Source of the DNA: Candidatus Woesearchaeota archaeon
GTDB lineage: Archaea; Nanobdellota; Nanobdellia; Woesearchaeales; GW2011-AR9
Length of the DNA stretch: 64,000 nucleotides
NCBI GenBank assembly: GCA_043797205.1
Contig: JAZDQB010000028.1
Span: 4,144-68,143, forward strand
Direction of reading: 5' to 3'
Shown here: positions 58,157 through 64,000 of the stretch, in pieces
How the letters are laid out: each line of letters opens with the position of its first letter
Position numbering within the stretch: position 1 is the stretch's first letter
Notes under the pieces: model-generated
The model's input: only the letters and a program-made list of their open reading frames with translations
The model's database searches: none
Told to the model about the DNA's origin: nothing
Made by a program: the position numbers and the translations under genes

Positions 58157-58486
58157 CTAACTTATTCCTTTAATTAATAAATTAACCGAATAGAGAAGAA
58201 GAATCGTTTCAAGCACCAATAGAATACAAAAGAGAAGCTGCATAGCAATATATCCATTCATAACCAAAGCCATATCTTGCTTAGCAAAAACAATATCTCT
58301 CTCGTTGGTGGTATTCGTTACACTCATCCTTTCTTCAAGAAATGGATCAATATTAGCTCGGTTAAAAGTAGAGAAAACCCCTCGGTCGGAAAAATATTCC
58401 AAAGTAAGATAGATTCCAGCAATGGTTATGAGCAAAAAGACTATGCCTAAAACAAGTTGCAATCTTTTGACCGCCTCTTTTTTCAT
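58157..58486 (-). CDS. Hypothetical two-TM membrane protein
   Basis: Two hydrophobic helices. Confidence 0.55.
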   Translation of the reverse strand: MKKEAVKRLQLVLGIVFLLITIAGIYLTLEYFSDRGVFSTFNRANIDPFLEERMSVTNTTNERDIVFAKQDMALVMNGYIAMQLLFCILLVLETILLLYSVNLLIKGIS

Positions 58487-58581
58487 AACTCTGAGAAATA
58501 TATTTTAATATATAAACCCTTTCTTCTATGAGCCAGCTAAAAACAAAACCTTAAAAAGAGGTAAGGTTATTCTCTCCCTAT

Positions 58582-59340
58582 ATGGCTGATGCGGTAGCCC
58601 AGACAACTCAAGAAGAGGTAATGGATTTACTTCTAGAACAGGATGATGTTACTTGGCGAACTATTCTGTTAGACTTAGTCAAAAACGAGCAGATGAATCC
58701 CTGGGACGTTAATTTAACTTTGCTTACTAGAAAATATCTGCAGACTATCAAAGAGATGCAGCAGCATGACCTAAAAATATCTGGAAAAATCTTATTAGCG
58801 GCGGCACTGCTGCTGCGCATCAAATCTACACACTTTATCGACAAGGATCTAGCGGAATTTGATCAATTGTTATACCAAACCGGAGAGGAAGACGAAAATT
58901 GGGATAATCTAACTGAAGAACAAAAAGAGCAACGCGTAAAAGAGAAATATAAATTAATTCCTCGCAATCCTCAACCCCGCAGCAGAAAAGTTTCTATCCA
59001 TGACCTGATTGAAGCCTTGCAGAAAGCGATGGAATCTAAAAAAAGAATCCTGGCCCAGCAACGTCCGGTAAAATACGTTATTCACAAAAAAGGGATGGAT
59101 ATTGTGGAAGTTATTTATGATTTGTACCATAAGATTATGTATTATTCTAATAAGGAAGAGAATCAGGACAAAAGAATTACTTTTACTCAGCTTTTGCCGC
59201 CCAAATCTGGAAAGCAGGAGAAAGCCTTTACTTTCATCCCTTTATTACATTTAGAAAACCTGCAGAAGATTGAGACCGAACAGAAGAAACCTTTTGATGA
59301 GATTTATATTACGCTACTGGGGAAGAAAGTGGCTAAATAA
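58582..59340 (+). CDS. scpA: Segregation/condensation protein A (kleisin)
   Basis: MNPWDVNL, SGKILLAAALLLRIKS and TFIPLLHL..Q..PFDEI. Confidence 0.9.
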   Translation: MADAVAQTTQEEVMDLLLEQDDVTWRTILLDLVKNEQMNPWDVNLTLLTRKYLQTIKEMQQHDLKISGKILLAAALLLRIKSTHFIDKDLAEFDQLLYQTGEEDENWDNLTEEQKEQRVKEKYKLIPRNPQPRSRKVSIHDLIEALQKAMESKKRILAQQRPVKYVIHKKGMDIVEVIYDLYHKIMYYSNKEENQDKRITFTQLLPPKSGKQEKAFTFIPLLHLENLQKIETEQKKPFDEIYITLLGKKVAK

Positions 59341-59420
59341 GAGCAATTCTCTTTAAACTATAGAAAAACTCCTCTTTACTCCATAAATCTTTTAAAACCA
59401 CCCCCTTATTAATATAAAGT

Positions 59421-61289
59421 ATGAAGTCTACTAAAGAAATTAAGGTTCCGGATAAGATTGTCGACCAGGTTATCGGACAGGATGAAGCCGTTAATACTAT
59501 CAGAAAAGCGGCTTTACAGCGTCGGCACGTCCTTCTAATCGGCGATCCCGGTACGGGAAAAAGCATGCTGGGATTAGCTTTAGCGGAACTGCTGCCCCAA
59601 TCAGAATTGAAAGACTTGATTGCCTATCAAAATCCTAATGACGAAAATAATCCTTCCATCAAAGAAGTCAAAGCTGGAACGGGCAGAGATGAAGTCAAGC
59701 TGCGTTTATTGGACGGCAGCAAAGGCAACCGCAACAATAATTTCTTGATGTTTTTTGTAGCTATTTTAACTATGATTGCTCCGTGGTGGGTAAGATATCA
59801 TTACAAATCCGATTTAATGTTCACCGCTTTCTTTTTGGGAGGAATGCTTTTCTTAGCTGCCTTCGCCATTATGTTAGGAATGGGACAGAGAATGTTCCGC
59901 GCTAATGCCGAAATCACTCCGAAACTAATTGTCGACAACTTCGGTCGGAAAACTGCACCTTTTTTTGACGCCACGGGAGCCCATGCTGGAGCTTTACTCG
60001 GTGACGTCTTGCACGATCCTTTCCAATCAGGAGGTTTAGGCACTCCCGCCAATCAGCGTGTCGTAGCGGGAATGATCCATAAAGCTCACCTAGGGGTATT
60101 GTTTATTGATGAAATCGCTACTTTACATCCCCGTACTCAGCAAGAATTATTATCCGCTTTACAAGAGAAGAAATTTCCTATTACCGGTCAATCAGAAAGA
60201 AGCGCCGGAGCGATGGTTAGAACTGAACCTGTTCCGTGCGACTTTGTATTAGTTGCTGCCGGAAATTACGAGACGGTGAAAGATATGCATCCGGCGTTGA
60301 GATCGAGAATCAGAGGTTATGGATATGAAGTGTACATGAATGAAACTATGATCGACACGAAAGATAATCGTTTGAAGATTGCCCGTTTTGTAGCGCAAGA
60401 AGTTAAAAAGGAAAACGGCAAAATTCCCCATTTCTCAGAAGAGGCAGTTAATGTTATTATCGAAGAAGCACGCAAGCGAGCCAATCGCAAAGGACATTTA
60501 ACTCTTTACCTGCGCGGATTAGGTGGACTAGTACGCGCCGCCGGAGATCTAGCTAAAGAAGACAAAGCAGAACTAGTATTAGAGAAACACGTCAAAGAAG
60601 CTAAAAAGTTAGCCCGTACTTTAGAACAGCAGATGGCTGATAAATATATCGAACGCAAGAAAGAGTATGAAGTGATTGTAACTTCGGGAAGAAGAGTGGG
60701 CCGCGTGAACGGCTTGGCCGTGATTGGAAGTGGAGCAGCCTTCTCCGGAATCCTTTTACCGATTGAAGCAGAAGTTACCGCCGGAGGAAAGAAAAATCAG
60801 ATTGTGGCTACCGGAAAATTAGGCGAGATCGCTAAAGAAGCCATCATTAATGTTTCTGCTATCATCTTAAAATATTTCGGAGAAGATATTGTCGAAACCA
60901 AAGATATCTTTGTACAATTCCTGCAAACTTATGAAGGAGTGGAAGGAGATTCCGCTTCCATTGCTGTCGCTACCGCCATTATCTCTGCCTTGAAAAATAT
61001 TCCTATCAAACAAGAAATTGCTATGACTGGAAGTTTATCGGTACGGGGAGAAGTCCTGCCCGTAGGTGGAGTCTCTTCCAAAGTCGAAGCAGCCATTGAA
61101 GCCGGAGTGAAAACAATTATTGTCCCAAAAAGCAATTTGCAAGATATTGTTGTTGATGCCGACAAGCTAAAGAAAGTGACTATTATACCCGTAGTAAGTT
61201 TGGAAGAAGTTCTCGAGTTTGCTTTAGATTGGGAAGGAAATGAGAAGTTAAGAGATCAGATTGTTAATGGAAAGAAGAAGAGGAAGTAA
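59421..61289 (+). CDS. lonB: Archaeal membrane Lon protease LonB
   Basis: GDPGTGKS, two TMs, FIDE, EGDSAS and GGVSSK. Confidence 0.96.
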   Translation: MKSTKEIKVPDKIVDQVIGQDEAVNTIRKAALQRRHVLLIGDPGTGKSMLGLALAELLPQSELKDLIAYQNPNDENNPSIKEVKAGTGRDEVKLRLLDGSKGNRNNNFLMFFVAILTMIAPWWVRYHYKSDLMFTAFFLGGMLFLAAFAIMLGMGQRMFRANAEITPKLIVDNFGRKTAPFFDATGAHAGALLGDVLHDPFQSGGLGTPANQRVVAGMIHKAHLGVLFIDEIATLHPRTQQELLSALQEKKFPITGQSERSAGAMVRTEPVPCDFVLVAAGNYETVKDMHPALRSRIRGYGYEVYMNETMIDTKDNRLKIARFVAQEVKKENGKIPHFSEEAVNVIIEEARKRANRKGHLTLYLRGLGGLVRAAGDLAKEDKAELVLEKHVKEAKKLARTLEQQMADKYIERKKEYEVIVTSGRRVGRVNGLAVIGSGAAFSGILLPIEAEVTAGGKKNQIVATGKLGEIAKEAIINVSAIILKYFGEDIVETKDIFVQFLQTYEGVEGDSASIAVATAIISALKNIPIKQEIAMTGSLSVRGEVLPVGGVSSKVEAAIEAGVKTIIVPKSNLQDIVVDADKLKKVTIIPVVSLEEVLEFALDWEGNEKLRDQIVNGKKKRK

Positions 61290-61293
61290 AAAA

Positions 61294-61632
61294 TTATTTC
61301 AATGCTTCAATAAATTTATCCAGGCTAGAGATCGAAGCGGCTTGGACTTTCATTATGTCTTCAAGTTTCTTCAACGTGCCAGAATCTGTTATAATCATTT
61401 TGCTGATCTGCATTTGTGCTAGATGATCTGTTGATCGCTCCTTTAAATAAGACACTGCCTCCACTACTTCTCCTACAGAATGTCCTAAAGATTCTGCCTG
61501 TTCAAATCCTTTGATGTTTACGGAAACATAATACTTAGCATCCAAAAAGTCTTCTGGAACTAATAATCCCACGGAATGGAACAACTTCACTTCGTCTTCC
61601 ACATCAATTTTTCTTCCATACATTTCTATCAT
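61294..61632 (-). CDS. Hypothetical protein
   Basis: ATG preceded by GAGGA within the 53-bp repeat. Confidence 0.6.
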   Translation of the reverse strand: MIEMYGRKIDVEDEVKLFHSVGLLVPEDFLDAKYYVSVNIKGFEQAESLGHSVGEVVEAVSYLKERSTDHLAQMQISKMIITDSGTLKKLEDIMKVQAASISSLDKFIEALK

Positions 61633-61681
61633 TTTTTTATCCTCTTGTTTTAAGCCCAAGGAAGGCAGTTATTTGATTTAT
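61629..61681. repeat. 53-bp exact direct repeat, copy 1
   Basis: Identical to 62023-62075. Confidence 0.92.
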
Positions 61682-61705
61682 ATTAATTGCAAGAAGTGTT
61701 AAAAA

Positions 61706-62026
61706 TTATTTTTTCTTACTGGGATTTAAGATGGCATCATCAAGTGTTCTTTGATTAACGGCTTGATATTCAAATTCTCCTGCACAATCCCTATAATTTC
61801 TCAAGTATTGGGTTTGGCTTTCATTAACTAATAGTCTTCTTCCATCAAAATCAACCATAATCCAAGGTTTATCGTGTTGGTATCCACTATTTAATCCAAA
61901 AATCAATCTTTCTGCGACTTGAACTAAACTATCAATTTTTAGTTGAGTATGAGCTAATGCACTCATATGCATTCCACCAATATGGCGAATTCCTTCATAT
62001 TTAACACAAACATTGATTTGGGTCAT
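61706..62026 (-). CDS. Hypothetical protein
   Basis: ATG preceded by GAGGA within the 53-bp repeat. Confidence 0.6.
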   Translation of the reverse strand: MTQINVCVKYEGIRHIGGMHMSALAHTQLKIDSLVQVAERLIFGLNSGYQHDKPWIMVDFDGRRLLVNESQTQYLRNYRDCAGEFEYQAVNQRTLDDAILNPSKKK

Positions 62027-62075
62027 TTTTTTATCCTCTTGTTTTAAGCCCAAGGAAGGCAGTTATTTGATTTAT
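62023..62075. repeat. 53-bp exact direct repeat, copy 2
   Basis: Identical to 61629-61681. Confidence 0.92.
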
Positions 62076-62170
62076 GATTAGTAATAGCATTAATAACATA
62101 ATTAAATCTTCTGAGCGAAATATTTATAAAAAAGCCCATTTTATCTATTAATTGGTAAAAAGGATAAAAA

Positions 62171-63124
62171 ATGAACTTAGATATTAAAGATAAGCGGATA
62201 TTATATGCGCTGGATAAGAATGCTAGGATTAGTTATAGTCAGTTAGCCAGAAAAACCCAGTTAAGCCCCGAAGTGGCTTTATATCGAGTAAAGAAGTTGG
62301 AACAATCCGGTATCATCACTCAATATCAAACCTCCGTCAACTATTGGAAATTAGGATTGATCCATTTCAAGATCTGCTTAGTTTTCAATGGTATTTCTTT
62401 GCAAGCCGAAGAAGAATTGTATGTTAAACTGAAAGAAATACCTCAAATAATTTGGATAGCTAAATGTCAGGGAGAATATGATTGCTTGCTTTCTTGTACA
62501 GTTAATAATATGGAAGAATTGGATTCTGTTAAAGATAAAATCTTAGCGCTAGCTAACAAACATCTCCTCAATAAGACTATTTCACTCTCTTCGAAAATAT
62601 GGTCTTTTCCAAGAAGATATCTTACCGCCCAAAAAGAAGAATTACTCGAAAAAGAGGACCACCATCCGGTAGAATTAGACCGATTAGATATAGAATTGTT
62701 GAGAATATTATCTTTAGAAGGAAGATTGTCGGTGGTCCAGATTGCAAAAAAATTAAAGTCCACTATTAAAATTATCACCAACAGAATAAAAAAATTACAG
62801 CAAAGTAAGACCATCAACAATTACCGCTTGGTGATTGATTACGAAAAATTAGGAGTTAAGTTGTTTAAAACCTTCATCTCTTTAAAAAACCCAGAAAATA
62901 ACAGATTGAGACAACTAATTACTTATCTTAATACCAATAAACATCTGGTTCATAATCTCAAAGTGATTGGTGCTTGGGACTTAGAGCCAGAATTTGAATT
63001 TGAAAAAGAAGAGGAATTCCAGAAAGAGATCCAAAAGATAAAAAACAAATTTTCAGATATCATACAAAAGATTAGTGTTATTAATGTTATTAAAGAGTAT
63101 AAGTACACTTTCTTCTACAAGTAA
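62171..63124 (+). CDS. Tandem Lrp/AsnC-family transcriptional regulator
   Basis: Two LD.D.IL.L..R HTH-RAM units. Confidence 0.9.
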   Translation: MNLDIKDKRILYALDKNARISYSQLARKTQLSPEVALYRVKKLEQSGIITQYQTSVNYWKLGLIHFKICLVFNGISLQAEEELYVKLKEIPQIIWIAKCQGEYDCLLSCTVNNMEELDSVKDKILALANKHLLNKTISLSSKIWSFPRRYLTAQKEELLEKEDHHPVELDRLDIELLRILSLEGRLSVVQIAKKLKSTIKIITNRIKKLQQSKTINNYRLVIDYEKLGVKLFKTFISLKNPENNRLRQLITYLNTNKHLVHNLKVIGAWDLEPEFEFEKEEEFQKEIQKIKNKFSDIIQKISVINVIKEYKYTFFYK

Positions 63125-64000
63125 TCACTTCTTACTATAAATCTCCTCCACCAGCCCCATAATCCTTTCTGCGGTCTTCTCTCCGATACCTTTAATCGCA
63201 GTCATCTCTTCTTTAGTAGCATTCACTATATTCTTAATGGTGCCGAAATGTTCTAGCAGCAAACGAGCCGTCTGCACTCCTACTCCTGGAAACGCAGAAA
63301 CAAAAAATTCTTGCTGCTCTTTCATGCTTCTGGGCTTTCGATCATGATAAGAGAAATCTCTTTCTTTGTTCTGCTCGCGCTGGGCCATCACCGCTAACAA
63401 CCCGGCCGTATCACGCGAATTCTTAGTGTAAAGGATTGGCACACCAAAATCCAATACAATCGAAGCGAGCATCCCACGAATAGCGTTAGCATGCACTTTG
63501 CGTACCGAATAAATATCTTCTTCCCCTTCAATGATAACCACGGCCCGTTCAAAATTCTTTTTCAGATCCCGTACTTGCTCCAACAATCTTCCGTCAATAA
63601 TGGAAGCCACAAAATCCGGCACTTGTTTCAGTTCCACTCCTACTCTTCCGGAGACAAGGTAATCTGCCGATTCTAATTGTGCCGTCTTTACACTTATGCC
63701 TAGGTCAATCAACTCTTTTACGATACGATTATTCTTTTCGCGATGATCAGCCAGTACGGCTGTTACTGGTTCTTCTGGTTTAGTAAAATTAAGAAGAGAG
63801 GCATTTCCATTACTGACTGCTTTGCTATCAAGATTATTTTCTTTCGGATTAAAAGTGAACTCCTTTTTAATTTCAGTTAGATTACGGTACATTTTCTTTT
63901 CCTTATGAAAAGAACTCCAGCGATAAGCTTCATCTCGTGTTCCTTCCGTCACTAAAATCGTTACTTCCCCTTTTTCCAATCGACCGGTTCTACCTCTTCT
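63125..64000 (-). CDS. hef: Hef/XPF helicase-nuclease (ERCC4), 3' part
   Basis: Frame open to the window end with RRGRTGR helicase motif VI; ADHRE, ADY, ELK...DF, DGRL and HhH motifs. Confidence 0.9.
   Translation of the reverse strand, partial: RRGRTGRLEKGEVTILVTEGTRDEAYRWSSFHKEKKMYRNLTEIKKEFTFNPKENNLDSKAVSNGNASLLNFTKPEEPVTAVLADHREKNNRIVKELIDLGISVKTAQLESADYLVSGRVGVELKQVPDFVASIIDGRLLEQVRDLKKNFERAVVIIEGEEDIYSVRKVHANAIRGMLASIVLDFGVPILYTKNSRDTAGLLAVMAQREQNKERDFSYHDRKPRSMKEQQEFFVSAFPGVGVQTARLLLEHFGTIKNIVNATKEEMTAIKGIGEKTAERIMGLVEEIYSKK

Noticed and set aside
1..64000. CRISPR array or cas genes; additional remote DGR VRs
   Set aside because: No regularly spaced repeat-spacer array was seen. A by-eye scan found no second match to the TR, though a computational search is still advisable.

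Overview
AT-rich archaeal chromosome segment, most likely from a DPANN archaeon such as Woesearchaeota. This is inferred from archaeal-type ABCE1, aIF5B, aIF1A, EF-1beta, eS1, Trm1, Cbf5, Rio1/Dim2, LonB, Hef and an S-layer gene, plus many orphan surface proteins and a few bacterial-type genes (lspA, gpsA, NagZ-like GH3). The main feature is a compact diversity-generating retroelement (DGR) at about 17.9-20.1 kb on the minus strand, arranged target gene - ~200 nt structured non-coding spacer - template repeat (TR) - reverse transcriptase. TR and the variable repeat (VR) differ at 14 of 85 positions, all at TR adenines, and no avd gene is visible. Next to it are a truncated Bro-N gene and a free-standing LAGLIDADG endonuclease that overlaps the 3' end of a tRNA-Trp interrupted by three introns. 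A second three-intron tRNA (Val-TAC) and a single-intron tRNA-Thr are also present. Other points of interest: two unexplained highly structured non-coding elements flanking rio1-dim2, a Doc toxin plus 40-aa antitoxin candidate bracketed by a duplicated ABCE1 3' end, two unrelated genes sharing an identical 53-bp leader, an outer-membrane-like beta-barrel candidate, and a gene split by an in-frame TGA. All product calls come from motif recognition by eye; no database searches were run.
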